A stretch of DNA of 64,000 bases. It comes from Ptychomitrium polyphyllum (Eukaryota). This document shows, piece by piece, positions 50,210-64,000 of the stretch. A model generated the notes under the pieces. The model had not been told where the DNA came from, made no database searches, and worked only from the letters and a program-made list of their open reading frames with translations. Within the stretch, counting starts at the first letter, position 1. Each line of letters starts with the position of its first letter. The stretch is taken from contig OZ316775.1 in the NCBI GenBank assembly GCA_973851085.1, positions 6,448,001-6,512,000 on the forward strand. The letters are read 5' to 3'. Position numbers and translations under genes: made by a program.

Positions 50210-53200
50210 TTAGAGTGAAGCAACAATTTAGAATGAGAGGATTCATTCTATTTATTTTGCTTTCCTCTAGTAGCATGTCTTGAATGATGATTATTTTCTT
50301 TGCTTTGTTCAATAGTTGTGAGGACAAGTGCCCTATTAGACTAGTAGTGTTTAGAGAGTTTGTTTGATGAGTTAGTTCAAGTGCTTGTATAGTAAAGGAT
50401 TTGAGATAATAGTATAAAGTAAATCTTATAATTTATTAAAATAGATGTTTAATGAGTGTAGTTTGCAAAGTCTTTGTATATCAAGTCAAAGTCAAAAGTA
50501 ACTAGTGGTATCCTTACACCTCTTTCAATCACGTTTGCACACGTAAAGCAAGCTCTAAGTTTTGTACTAACTTTGTACAACCTACTCCTAACTTAAATCT
50601 ATCAAATTATCAATAATGCTTCAAACATTTTGCTCTTATTTATTTTGTGTGACTACAAACAACCCAACTATGCTATCAAGTCTTTGTTCTTTTACTACAA
50701 AGCAATTTTATTCCATCTACATGACTAGGACCATCAATCAAATTATAAATGATGGAAAATATATGAGAGTTCATACACTTTGTGCAACACCAAAATAAAA
50801 CATGGTAGCTGTATTATGTATACATGTACTACTTAAAAACAGTACACAAAAGAGAGAACTGAACCATTTATCATCTAGCACGTTTTCCTCTAGTGCAAAT
50901 TGAGAAGCATTGCTCAACGTCGTTCACCTTGCCCTTCTTGCAATCTCTGCAAAAGGTACAACAGTGGTTATTACCAAATTATTTTCAACTTGTCCAACTC
51001 TACATCGGATCACACTCCTATGCCTTCAAACATTTTGTCTTAAGCATGATTTACACCACATTCGTATCATTTCAATTCACTGAAAAACAAAAAAACATAG
51101 ATACCGAAAACAGATATTTTGTAATAAAACAGATTCAACACAATAAAAGACGGCGCATCCAGTATTCAGATGTTCATTCAAGAAACTTAATGACCAGTGA
51201 AAAAGTCGGACCCAACTTCCTACTACTACCTAGCAAAATACACAGCATAATTATCAAGGTGAGGAACTAGGCATTCACATAGACATCCTTTCACATGAAA
51301 CGCTCGAGGCTGAAAACACAAACGCATCTGCGGCAGCAGAGGCAATCGTGAACCGCGCATGAGGGATGAGGTTGAATCAGACCCGCAATCGGAATAACCA
51401 GATGTTTCCGCGCTCCGATCGCTGCCCTGGATGAACGTTCTCCATTGACCCGGCAGCGGTCCTGGCTACTTACTGATTTGTTCAATACAATTTACTTATC
51501 GCAGGCTGATCAGCAAAAACCAGTGGATGAGTATGATTAACACCTGCAAACAGATATGGCTTATAACGGACGTCTTATTACGACCAGTGTGGGACTACAG
51601 ACAATCTGGATACTTGAATTGCAGAGCACTGAACCACAAGCAGGATCACGAGCATTCCAGACTAATCAAAAATTCATATGCGCCATTCCAGACGGCCTTA
51701 CATAAATTTGAGTAAGGTCGCACTGATTTGCAAGACCGATCACAAGACGCCCGCAACAGCAGCGTATAACAGAGGCGAGGGCAGATGCCAATAACATCAG
51801 AGACTGCCACGCCAAAGCCTCACATACGCGAAAAACCCACTCCAATGGCAGCTGTCTGATCACATGCATAGACCAAAGACAGACGACGCCCGTAGTCGGT
51901 GGAAAATTGAGTAATATTACATTGCGTGCTTACAGGAAAACTTTGACAGGGGGATTGACGTTTCGGCTACAAACTGCAACAAACTAAACAGATCACTTCG
52001 AGAAGGTGTCGAAGATGGTGGTGTGCAGGGGATCGGCGAGGTGAGTGGCCCAGTTGTCCAGGGGTCCCTTTCCTGTCGCGGCAGCCTGGACGGCGAAGCC
52101 GAGAGCGGCAACCATGGCCAACCTAGCGTGCTTAATTTCGGCTAATTTCAAGACCTCCTTCTTCTCGGGGTCGTCGGCCAGCTTCAAGGGGTCGAAGTAC
52201 TTGCCGCCGGGGTACAGACGCCTCTCGGGGTCCAACTCCGAGTTCCTAAAGAACTCGATGCCTCCCACCAACAGCGCCTCGATGTACACCAGGCTGGTGA
52301 TGCTGAATGGCAGCGGCAAGCCGAAGTACGACGCACCGTCCACCAACTCAACCTGCACGCATCATCATAGCAAACGGTGCCCGTCTTGTGAGTCACCCGG
52401 CACGTCCACAGCGAATACCTAAAGGGTTACTCGAAAATGCTAGTGGCCTCGAGAGCCCCATGAATCGGATCTCCGTACAACCAAAGCAATGGAGAGAGAA
52501 ACTATAGCGAGGCAGCCAGAACCATAGGCGGATTACTGAAACCACCATACAAGTGTGCAGAGGATTGACATTGCCATGGCCACATTGCCGCGCCCGCTAA
52601 GAAATGATACTCGACACACCGGCCACAGCCACTCTGCAACATGCAAGCGCCAGCCAGAGATGCACATTCTTCCACGGAGAAACTGCGCAAATCAGAAGTC
52701 CAGCACAATTCGCAATGTCACTCACCTTTCCGGCATCTTGCCATGTCACGCCGGTTAAGGCCTCCACTGACAGGGCTCCCAAGATGGCAAGCATGGCCCA
52801 TCGCCCGTGGATAAGCTCGCATTCCCTGAACCGCTGCAAGCCGAACACCTCGCTGTAGGGCTGGAACGGCGTCGGGTTGATCTCCGCCTTCTTCGACACG
52901 CGGCTCCCGATCACATCTCCGGCCTCGTTCTTCGCCAAGTTCTGGTTCAGCGAGTCCAACTCGATCTGCAGGTACTCGGGGCTCTTGCCCAGCGACAGGG
53001 GGTCGAAGCCATAGTCTCCGGGGAGCGACCCGTCCAGCCACTCGGGGGCCTTGGCGCCTGGGAACCACAGCGGCCTGTTCGCGCCGGCGCCGGAGACCTT
53101 CTTCTGCACGGTCCTGGCGGCCTGCTTCACCTTCTTGGTGCCTGAGGCGAACCTAGCCACCACGCGGGCGCCGTTCTGCACTCCCAAGCGCTCGACCGAG

Positions 53201-56144
53201 CCCACGAACTCGCTCGTCCCGCAGAACGACGACGCGATGCTGGCGCTCCTCAAAGCTTGAGCCATGGCTGCCGGTTGGCCGTTTCACAGCTCAGTCTGCT
53301 GCCTGCCGCTGCTTCGCACAGCTGCAAAATGGAAATAGAATGCTCAGTGATTCCCCCGCTCGGTTGGCTGCCCCTTGAATCGTAAGTGGCATATGTTCGG
53401 CGGGTGGGGCAGTCAGGATGAAGCTGAGGATTGCGCAAAGGGATATCTTGCGCTGCAACGCGAGTGGAGGAGACGCGCTGCTGCGCTCGGGCCATCCCTC
53501 ATTCGCCCCGACGCACAGACCCCGGATGAAAAGCCTCCGCCTCGGCAAGATAAAGCCGCCTGATTGGCGCAGGGCCCTCATTGGCTGGTATGCGCGTGTG
53601 CCGTGGGCGCATTATCCATCCACTGTCCCTCCCCTCTCAGAAAATTCACCACAGCACAGCGCTGTGTTCACCGAACCCTCTCATCATGTGCCCCAGTGCG
53701 AGTTTGCCAACCACGCTGGTAATCTCAATTCCCCTCTCTCACCAGCTTACGGTTCCAGCGTTGTCTGCATCACTCCTCATTTCCTTCCCGGGAGTTCTCA
53801 TGCACCACGGCTCTCTGAAGATTTGTTGGTGATGTCGCAGTCAGAATGCAGGGATGAAGTAAGGGTTGGTGTGGTTACCAACTAATTTTTTATGAGTGTT
53901 TGTTTTTGACATGGTTTAACAGTGTGTAAACTGGGTGGATGTGTTTCCTTTATTTGCTAACTTTAGTTGCATGTTTGTTGTATCTTTATAATGTGTATTA
54001 GATACCAAAGATGATTATAAATCCAAGGTTTTTAGGATGTCATTGCAATAATAAATCATTGATTTTTTATTCTCCTATTTACGTATGTTTAAGGTCGTCA
54101 ATTATGTAAATAACACAATGTTTTGACCTTGTACTTTCTTGAACAAAGAAAGTTTGACATCTAGTAGTAGAAATTTGTTTTGTAAATGTTTAGAATCCAT
54201 AGTTGTTGTTGTGTTGTGCTTGATATTGGAAGTTAGCTTTACTTGAAAATAGGAAGTTCATTGGTATTTAACTTGAGGTAAGTTTATAGTGGGTGATATC
54301 TATTTTTATAATGTAAGGATAAGAAGATTGTTGCTTAATTCATCACTTTTGTAATGAATCCATTGTCATAGCTTATGTAACCAAAATCCTTGATGTTGTT
54401 AACTAAGTTAGAAAATGAATTGTGTTTATTTTCCTTTTTTTTTTGTTTAATTGTAGTGCAATTAGATTTTACATAATTTTCATGTAAATACCAATTTAAG
54501 ATGAAACATTCATTGTTTAGATGGATTTGGACACATATACAAACCTCTTCTAATTTGCTTCAAAAAAATGATTCATATTGAAGAAAGCACTTCATTTTCA
54601 TATACATTTATAAATGTAGGGTTTTCAAAATGTTATTGATAAGTGTGGTTCAAAATATGATTAGTTTACAATATAGAAGTCCCTCACATTTGTTATACAA
54701 ATGACATTGAATCAATTATTTTGAGTATTTCATTTTATTCTCTTAGAACTATTAGAGCAGAGTTAATTGCAATGAATGGAATAAAAATATGTAAATTGCA
54801 AATACACCAAACACCAAAGCAAGAACATCATGGATGAGAGCATAATGGATGTAGAATCTGACTAATAGAATCAAAGTCCAACAAGCATGTGCACCATCTT
54901 CTAAATTCTATTCAAACTTCAAGTAAACTCTCCACTTGATTTTAAAGAAACCAAGGTTAACTAGATGCCATTTCCTTGCAAACCATCCATGAACAAATTT
55001 ATCACGTGTACATACGTATAGACATACATTATAATATATATGTATACACTCATACTTGTGTGTATCTTTGTGTTTGTGTTTGAAAAAGGAGATATTTAGT
55101 AGAAAATGCTTGAAAGCAACTCATTTATCATGGTTTAGTTGCAACGTTAGCTTCGTTTGCTTCTCCCAGTATTTTGCAAATCGAGGCTTCAAAAACGGAC
55201 AATTTGAACGCAATCAAGAGGTTTTCCATCACTGGGGGTCGAACCAGGTGGCAAGCAGTTTCGATGCAACATCTTCAGGCACGATTTGCTGTTGACATCT
55301 TTCACAAGCTGAGTGTCCGTTGTGCCCGACAATCTGCAAGCAAATTACGAAGTTCATTTCAATAAGCACGAGTAAGGCTGAGCAGGCATGGCAACAGCTT
55401 TCAATCGATGTATGCACAAGCTGGCTCCCAGAGAACGTGATTTATAGCTTTGAAGGTCCTCGGCCACAACACGGGAGGGTCGCACCGATCCATGTGGCAG
55501 GTACCCTGTGTTACCAATTGAAAGCTCTCGGAAACGTGCGGACAGAATTATCAACAACCTTGATCGTGAACAGTCCAGTCACCAAATGCTGTTCGTCAAG
55601 CTGGGTTTCATTTCGCGCTTCGAGAAACAGGTTGTGCAGGCGACGTGGATCATCCCACTCAAGAACTGTGTTGACAAGAAGCAGGGCAGCCTTTCCAGCT
55701 AGTCTGTCGAAGTCCAGCTGCATTCATAGCTCCAAGGCAGTGTCGTTGTTGGTCATAAAAGGCAAACAATCCAGCCTCTTTATCTTCTTTTTTGATTATG
55801 TGATTTATCGTATTAAAGCAAGCAAGGGGCAATTCGGTACCTTGGCAGTTTTGCAATCAGGGATCATGTCATGTTATAGAGTGTGATGTGTAAACTACTC
55901 GCCCTATTGGTTGCCACCACGCCTCTTCAGCGATGCAGCATTCGAGTATTTTGTCCAACCCACAAGCAACAATAGCAGTAGAGCTACCAAATGAATGCCC
56001 TCGAACGGCGAGCCGCCATATATCAGCGCGTCCCTGGAGCATGCTTGCCCTTTCACTGCATTCAATTTCTGCTTCACAAATCCACTCTCAAGCAGTTCCA
56101 AAATATCCACCACCTTGCGGACCTCGTCAATTCTCTGTACTGCA
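50210..56144 (-). repeat. Right arm of the inverted duplication
   Basis: Reverse complement of 44006-49941; one 1-bp indel seen (49740 vs ~50410). Confidence 0.97.
51993..53265 (-). CDS. LHCB4: Second identical CP29 (Lhcb4) copy; exons 53265-52726, 52352-51993
   Basis: Mirror image of 46885-48157 with identical translation. Confidence 0.95.
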
Positions 56145-57348
56145 GTCCCGAACTAATCAGAGTAGGCGAAATTATCTAAGATCTTCAAGTATTTTTTATG
56201 ATGTTTTGAGATTGTTGTTGGCTTCGGTCGTATTGAAATGTGGCGGCAGGAGTAATTTGGACCTTTCATGACCTGTGTGAGTTGCGTCGTGCGGTCTGGA
56301 TTTGTAGTAGTAGCGGATGTCTTTCTGCACGTGCATATTTAATCGCTTTTCTTCTTCTTATACTATCTGTTTACCTAGCAGCCGCCGCCGTTGCGTGTTA
56401 AGACCGATGTTGAGTTTTCCTTTGATATGATCGGATGTATGAGCACTAGGGAAATCAGAAATTATTTTCGGTCCTAAGAGATTATCTATAATATAAGTAA
56501 TTTAGGGCACAATTATGGTATGATTGTTATCCTAGCTTTTCTCTGCCAAAGACATTTCGTCCTCGACTGATTACGCAAGGCATTTGTTAGTTATATCATA
56601 CGTGCAAATAAGTGTTAATGTATTCATGCCAAGTGAAAGAATAGTGTACACCAACTCAGTTAAAGTGATGTTTAATCACTCCTTGAATAAGATGAATTAT
56701 TATTCATGGAAAGTCCATCTTAAAATACATTGGGTCAACTGTTAATTTTTATAGCGCCTGTGAGATTGGCCCCCACATGTGAATTTTAATGTATTTTAGT
56801 ATTAGATCAACAGGCATAAGATGACAGTCATGCTTTTGTACACAGTAGACTATTCATCATTCATATAATCTGAAATTGACATGCACTGACCAAACAGCAT
56901 AAACACAGTTGTAGAACCTTTTCTCTCTGGACCTAGAAAATATACTAGCAATTAACACAGTCAGTTCGTAATTTGTAAGTTATTCAAACGTACCTGATAA
57001 ACCCCTAATTTGGAGGTATTTCATGGTAAATGCCTCCATAGGTTTCATAGGTTTCAAATGGAGTACCTCTTTTGCAAGTTTATCTCTGGCAAAGTGAAAC
57101 AATGAAACTATTTCTGAAGGTTACATCAAGGTTCACAAAAAAAGTATCCATGGAGAAGTAGTAGAAAGGCATAGACGAATTGATCCATTCCTTAACTTCA
57201 ATAGATGCAATGCCCACCAAACTAATGGGTACTTTTACTTCAAATTGCAGTGACCAAGTGAAAAAAGCTGGTAAAAAAGAACGCTCAGAAGAATTACACA
57301 AAACTGAACAAACGACTCAAGTGCTCTATAATACATGCCTCGAAGGCT

Positions 57349-60300
57349 CTAGATTATAGAACCTGACTGCTTCAGGCTCTTTGAGAGCGAATCAGGATTT
57401 TTGTCCAACTCAATGGACTTCTTCAAGACTGGCTCAAATATAGGGGGCTCAATGGCGTTGCTTGTGATCCTTGAATTTCCATTCTTTGACGATGAATCTA
57501 GAGAGCCTTGTAGATGACCACCTTCGGCTGTGTCCCCTCCACCAAATAGCTGCTTTCTCAAAACATCGTGAAGTTGCCCAAAAAGTTGTCTCTTTATGGA
57601 GTCAAAAGCTAGCTCCAGCCGCTCCAGCTGTAAGCATAAAACATTGTGTTGCGTTAAATTCACTATTCGCCTAAAAATCTATTTGATGATCTACCGTGCT
57701 AACAAATCAAATTTTGAGCACCTGCTGCTTTCAACAATCTTCTGGGAATGAGCAAATAAAGATATAAAATCATTATATATTTGCAGATCTAAAACGCTAC
57801 TCTTGCAAACCCAAGGAGTCAAATGACTAAACAGATATTAAAACATTTGCGAAAATTTCAGGATAAGATTACTCCTACATGCTCCATTCATACACAAACA
57901 ACAACTCAGAGTTGCATCAAAATGGTGGTTGTTCAAAAAACTAGTACAAACAAAACCTGAACAGACAAACTGCCTAAGTATCAATTTAAAATATAAAATC
58001 ATGGATGCAGTAATGTCCGAGAGAGTATTGAAACGTAGTCAAAAATACTCTTTCTTACCTCCTCAGTGGCATTCGGGTTGTACATGAACAGCCCGTAGTA
58101 GAGCTCGAAGCTATCACCTGCTGTGTTCTCAACCTATTCATGGTTCAATTTATTCAGCTGCAATCAGCAGTAGAGACTATACATAAAACAAGTGTCCTAA
58201 TCAAAGATGCTTCCGGAGAAACTAAGTTGGAAAAGGTTCCTTCGCTTAGTGATCACATTCATCCACAACATCATCACAATAAACATATCAATAGTGGTGA
58301 TCAAAGCTCTTCATTTACTAGTTTCTGAAAACCAACACTCTTTAAGCAGAATCCATTCAAAGATATAACGTGATGCCTTACAAGTCCTAGAAGTGTCTCA
58401 TAACCCTTGGTGTTGATTGGCGTCGACTCCAACCCAAGTTTTCCTAGTACCCTGTATTTAATATGCAACTGCTTTAGCCCTTGGGTAGCAGATATTTATT
58501 ACCATTTTTTAAAAGAACAAGTTTTCAATGTCTCTTCTTCCGAAATGTGTGCCTTCCAAACAAACAAGGGAGGTTAAGGACACTAACCTGCCAACAGTGT
58601 GAGTGATGAATTGGCTGCCCGCTGCATATCGATCGTGCTCTGAACATGTCATCTCAACCATGCGACAACCCTAAGGTAGAGTTTTACAGCCACCAATCAG
58701 CTACAGGTTTTGATAAAAGCTCACATCAACAACCTCGAACCTCAAAGGCGTGACCCAGAAGCCGGTACAGTATGACATCAATGAAGAAATTATAGAAAAG
58801 ACAAGAATACGCTGTTGATCGTGTTAATTAGTAGAATTCCAATTTAATTGTAAGAGTTAAAATGTATAAAGCCCCATGCTCAGTCAAGTAATGAAATCAC
58901 TTCTTACTACTGTAGCAAACTACTGTAGTATCAAAGACATGAGAAAAATTATGGCCCTTTCCCACTAATAAATATACTTCGTAGCAGAGCTGTTGCGTAT
59001 CAAAAGCTGGTCGCGGAAAGTCTCTAAGATCTTACCTCATTCGCAAAGATGTCCAGAAACCTGTCAGCGGCTCTCGACCGTCGGCCATTGCTGATGCGTA
59101 CCTTGTCATAGACGAAAGGCAATCCAGACCAATTTGCCTTACCACTTTCAGGTCCAAACATGGGATGAGTACAAAGTACATCAAACTCGGGGGGCAACAC
59201 CTGTTGTGATCAAACCGTCCCATTGGACACATTAAAAAGAAATCAAGCATCTAAATCACCAATATAATCCTAAAGATAGGAATATGTTCCGAAACACATC
59301 AGACTAACCATTTGATGTCTCGCTAGCATAAAACTTGGCCAGGATTACAACAGTATCGAACACGAAAATCAAAAGACATGCATACTCTGAATGTTTTTCA
59401 CGATAATTGACCATATCCTACTTTGACGAGGCTTGATACCTGGAGAAAGAGGTTCTTCGGAAATTCCTTCACAGAGAGAACATCGACAAATAGGGTGTTG
59501 CGCTTGAGCCGCTGAAGGGGAAGACTTTGTAATACAGACTCAGTTGATAATATGGAGGTGCACAGAAGAACCACCTCAGGATGCTCCTCACAAAAATCAT
59601 CCGCATCCCTGAGTAGTCAATGCCACCCCCTGCTCATAAGTCATGATTCCAAGAAAGGAACAAAGCATGCTAATTTTCGCCTCGCCGATAAATTCTTACC
59701 TGTAAATGTTTTATATGAAGCTCATTAATATCACTTCTACACCCATATCTTCAAGAAGCCTCTAAACCAGCACTTCTTATGTAAGCCAATTGGCAGAAAG
59801 AGTTCAACTACTTAGATCTGCTTTCGAGACCTCGAATCAAAGAGCATAGCAACGAATTACATGCTTTTCAGAGGGGTCAGGTGATTGATGCGAAAACCAA
59901 CAAATACTCAGATGAAGAATTTCGATGTCGTGAACTCAAATTCTTAAACCTAGAAACTCAACTGCATATAGGCTTTCACAGTTTCCAGATTAGCCCCTGT
60001 TAGGCATCAGAAGAACAATCTTTTGTCACTGATAGCAAGCTGTCCCACGAAACTGTTCGGATTTTGAAATACCATCATACGAAGAAGTAATCCTCGCATG
60101 AATTACAATCACTACCCGAGATACATAATCGAGAAAGTAGTGCTAACCGACCTGAAAAATGCCACTCCTAACTCTCGCGCTTTCTCGCTGTAGTCTCTCC
60201 GCGAGTGCGCCAAAACTGTATGCCCTTGCTTCACTATCCTCTCCGCCAAAAACTGGCCGAAGTTACCAAATCCCACAATCCCCACTTTGAGCTTATTGCT

Positions 60301-60615
60301 CTTCTCCAGCTCCTGCGACTTCCTGGACTCGTAATCAAACGGTTGAGCGGCATCTATCGCACTCACATCTACCACAGCGCGCTCCCGCTGGCTCCAGCGC
60401 CCCCCAACCCTAAAATCTCTCCCCAGTAACACCCACCTCTGCTGCTTCCACAGATCTCCCCGAACATCAAATCCAATGCCCTTGCTCTGCCTCAAGGCTA
60501 ACCCAACCTTCGAACTCACCACCACATTCTTCCCTTGCAGATGGGAGAACATCATTCCAGAACACGCAACCGGACCCGGAATCAGAACTTCCATGACTCC
60601 CAATGTTGCCACCAT
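57349..60615 (-). CDS. TyrA: Plastid arogenate dehydrogenase (TyrA family); exons 60615-60152, 59608-59440, 59200-59036, 58670-58588, 58451-58382, 58133-58059, 57627-57349
   Basis: AIDAAQPFDYE, Rossmann motif IVGFGNFGQFLA, DFCEEHPEVV, TLFVDVLSVKEFP, LCTHPMFGPESGK, GCRMVEMTCSEHD, SQFITHTVGR, TPINTKGYETLL, NTAGDSFELYYGLFMYN; in-frame GT-AG junctions. Start Met uncertain (60615 or 60594). Confidence 0.94.
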
Positions 60616-61648
60616 GACCCCACAAATCCTCAATCCACTTCCACCAAACCGCAAAACCTCAACCCCACAGCATGAACTGCCTCCTTCAAACTCCAAACCC
60701 ACGACTTCGGTCCAAAACTCACAACTTTCTGGACTTCAAGCAGAGGACCCAACTGACATGCACCCAGTGGAAGAAAACTCCATCACCTCATGTGCAGATG
60801 AGTGACAAGATGATCTCCTCCAAACTGAGGCTGCAGATGAGTGATCTGCAATGCTCAGAGTGGAAAACCACAAGCCTTCGCAGGAAAAAGTTTGGCGTTT
60901 GTGCAACCAGACGGGCACCTCGTGTGCTGGGTGAAGAAATGTTGGAGCGGCACCTCGTGCGCTTCGGGGGAATCCACCCTGCGCGAGGGATTCAGATTCG
61001 TGAGTTGAATTCTGTTGCTGTTGTGCCATCACAACGCAGCCGCGGATTTTGGCGACGTGGAGGGTGTCCACGTAGGATAATTCTGCATAGGTTGCGAATC
61101 GGGAGTGGCCACGCCGGCGCATGGGGAGGTTCCGGCGTTTTAGCACAGGACTGGAGAGACGCTGTCAATGGGGTGTCATCTTGTGTGTGTTATGCTGTAT
61201 CACGTGAACTCTTGGAAAGCTCTCTGTTGCCTGAACACAAATTTCGGCTCACGACGTTAACATTCTCGCGTAGATTGTAATTCTGTTCTCAGTTGGGATT
61301 ACACCTGATGTTTACACTGCATGGTAGATGCAGTGCATAATCCAGGCATGATAATAAATTTCAGACATTGATCGAGTGTTTTGACACTTATGACATCCTA
61401 TGATTTATGCCTGTCATTCTATTTCAGATCATGGTGAATGTGGTAATCTATGGTGGAAGGAAGGTACAAATAGTGTATTAAATTTTTTGAAAATAATGCA
61501 ACGCAACATTCTTCAGCAATACTACAAGTGCACATTTTAAAAACTTCTCTATTACATCCCTCTCTGAGTTGTTCTGGTATAAATTTAAAACTCTTCGGAG
61601 GTGCACATTGTTTCTAGCTTTCAGTAAATATAGATAGTTTCAATTTGG

Positions 61649-61704
61649 ACATAAAAGCTACTTTCACTTACATGAACCCAAGTAGGTGGAAGTAGCTTTT
61701 ATGT
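61649..61704 (+). other. Hairpin with 23-bp stem and 10-nt loop
   Basis: acataaaagctactttcacttac / gtaggtggaagtagcttttatgt pair fully with two G:U pairs on the plus strand. Confidence 0.6.
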
Positions 61705-64000
61705 AGTTCAAAACTACTTTAATTAATCCAATTCTATTGAAACAACTATTGGAAGAAACCATTATAGTGAAGAAGATCCTGAATTTGGATAGTGAGGTGT
61801 ATATAGGGATCATCAAGAACCTAATGTGTTAAGCTAAGGTAAGAACTCAGGCGTTGTATGGCTTTGCACTTGTGGCATTTTAGTGTGGCTTCCACTTGAT
61901 GTGGATCCAGTCATTCAAGGAACACACATTTGGGAAGCCGTGCTCTTGTTAACTTACTCTTAATAAAGACATACATAAGGATCAGCTTGGAATCCTGATA
62001 TTGTGGTGCTCACTGCTAATCTAGAGGGTATAAAAGACTCTTCATGACAGAATGGGTCAAGCAACTGCAGGCGCATAAAGTATGACTCACAGAAGACATT
62101 CTGAATTGGACTGTGTAACATGTTCACAACTAATCCACATACACTCACTGTGTTTGCAGGGGTTTGCAGAGGCAATGTACAGTTTTCTTGTGTGGTTTGT
62201 TGAACATGAAGAAGCAGAATTGAGGGCTTCGTGGCCCTCACATTCTGCTCATGTTGTCAACTTATACACAGTACATAATTGGCTTGAAGTCATGGAACTT
62301 TAAAGTGTGCAGCTAATAAGTTTCAGTGATGGAGGACTCTTGAGTCCAGAGTATATTGTATCTGCCTGTGTAATTGAGCTCAACCTTGTGAGCTTGGTTG
62401 GTCATGAATTTGCTACTATGGTGTCATGTACAAAGTCTTCAGTACAACCACAGCCATTGTGAATGTACTAATCATTCATTCAATTATGATATAACTTCAA
62501 GCCCTTACTTTACCTTTTTCTTTCCATCCATAAAATTTATATATATAATGGAGAAATTGACAACATATATATTTGGATTTGAAATCTATATAATTTTTTT
62601 TAAATAACAATGTTTAATAAATTCATTAGTTCTAATATTTATATATCAGACACTGAAGTACCAAAATGTAGATTTATGAAGAAGGTAGAAAGCATAAAAT
62701 AAAAGCATTATTGATGAAATAAAATAAAGAATTATCAGTTTAACAATGGTCTTTTATTTCCATTTAAGAATTTTTTATATTTTCTTGTAGTGAGGCTTCA
62801 AAAAGCAACAGCAAGTAAAACTAATAATAATATAAGTAGTTGAATCTAAAGAAAGTTGGCTTACAATGAATTAGTTGCTCAACATTTAAGTTTTTTTTTA
62901 AAAAAGATTAACATATAAATAGGCATATTATGAATTTTAAACAATTCTACAAGTTTTAATCAATTTTCTACATTATTTAGTTGATTTTCCAAAAAAAAAA
63001 ACAATTATCTAAATGAGATGATGATTTATAATATTGAAAATTGCATACACTTCATATTAGAAATCATATATTTGCAAAAAATATCAACTGCACTATTTCA
63101 ACTTATACTATGTAATATAAAATAAATAAGTCATACTTAAAGAATAATAGAAAAAATTCTTATATGAACTTATAATTTTATGGATCATAGAAACTTGTAA
63201 AGAAAATAATTACAATAGCCTTTAATTCCCTTTTAATACACATTGTAAAATATGATTTATGAATTTAGTCAAAGATCAATTTTATTTTAAACTGATTTAC
63301 ATAATAGGTTTAAAATTTCAAAAAAATTAATAAGAACTTTGAATTTTTAGATATTGTATCTGTATTTTTATTTTTTTAAACTGAATTTAAATTATTCATA
63401 AATGAAAATTTTACCTTTAGTATTATAAATACTTATCATTGCAAATTTTGCATTTCAAAGTAAAGTACATTTTTGGTGTTAAAAGCATTAAAGTAATGTG
63501 TTTTGATAAAAAATGAAATCATGTATTATAATAAAAATGAATCACTTATATAAGTATGTAAGGAGCATTTCTTTTAGGATTTTGGAATTCTTCAAGAGTA
63601 TTAATAATATGCCTACAAATATCAAATCATAAGAATAAACTTATTACTGAAGAGTGTATTAATTCACTAGTTGTAATTGCATAATTTTTAAGATAATTAC
63701 TTATATATCCTTTGTTATTGACAATATATGAATTATTTATTAATGTTATGATTTGATATTAATTATAGTTTAAAACCACCAAAAAAAAAAATTTTAATTA
63801 TACTATTTTGAAGAATATATTGTTAAAACACAAAAGTGTTTTAAAAGAAAAAAGAATTCTATTTTACTATATAAAAAAATTCTTTTAAAAATGTTTGTAT
63901 TGATGCCTCTCTTGATAATATAAACAGTTTGGTCATGCTATCTTTTAGCAAAGAATTCATAAAAACTTTAGTTTTAGAATATTCCATAAAACTATGGTTG

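Noticed and set aside
60672..61280. 202-aa plus-strand ORF
   Set aside because: Overlaps the TyrA 5' UTR/promoter antisense, no motif; probably spurious.

Overview
Eukaryotic plant nuclear DNA, most likely a moss such as Physcomitrium. This is an inference from gene content, intron style and Tcn1-like chromoviruses. Spliced genes: an Lsi2/ArsB-family transporter (5' end only), a conserved plant membrane protein, a 4-exon EF-hand/SAM/FN3/TM/FYVE-like protein, a PDIL5-2/PDI8-like disulfide isomerase, two identical Lhcb4 (CP29) genes in the arms of a ~5.9 kb inverted duplication, and an arogenate dehydrogenase. A rearranged nest of Ty3/Gypsy LTR retrotransposons fills ~15.3-32.8 kb. There are also solo LTRs, an intronless G3BP/NTF2 pseudogene and an orphan intronless 419-aa ORF. 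The most exciting signal is the gene at 13088-10041 (minus strand). Once spliced, its predicted luminal part aligns by eye, motif for motif, with the EF-SAM Ca2+ sensor of animal STIM1. It is followed by FN3, one TM helix, a FYVE-like zinc finger and a basic C-terminal tail, so it is a candidate plant STIM-like ER Ca2+ sensor or membrane-contact protein. The retrotransposons show Tf1-type self-priming with covariation between two families, a -1 frameshift signal and an extra 3' ORF. All alignments were done by eye from memory of the families; no searches were run.
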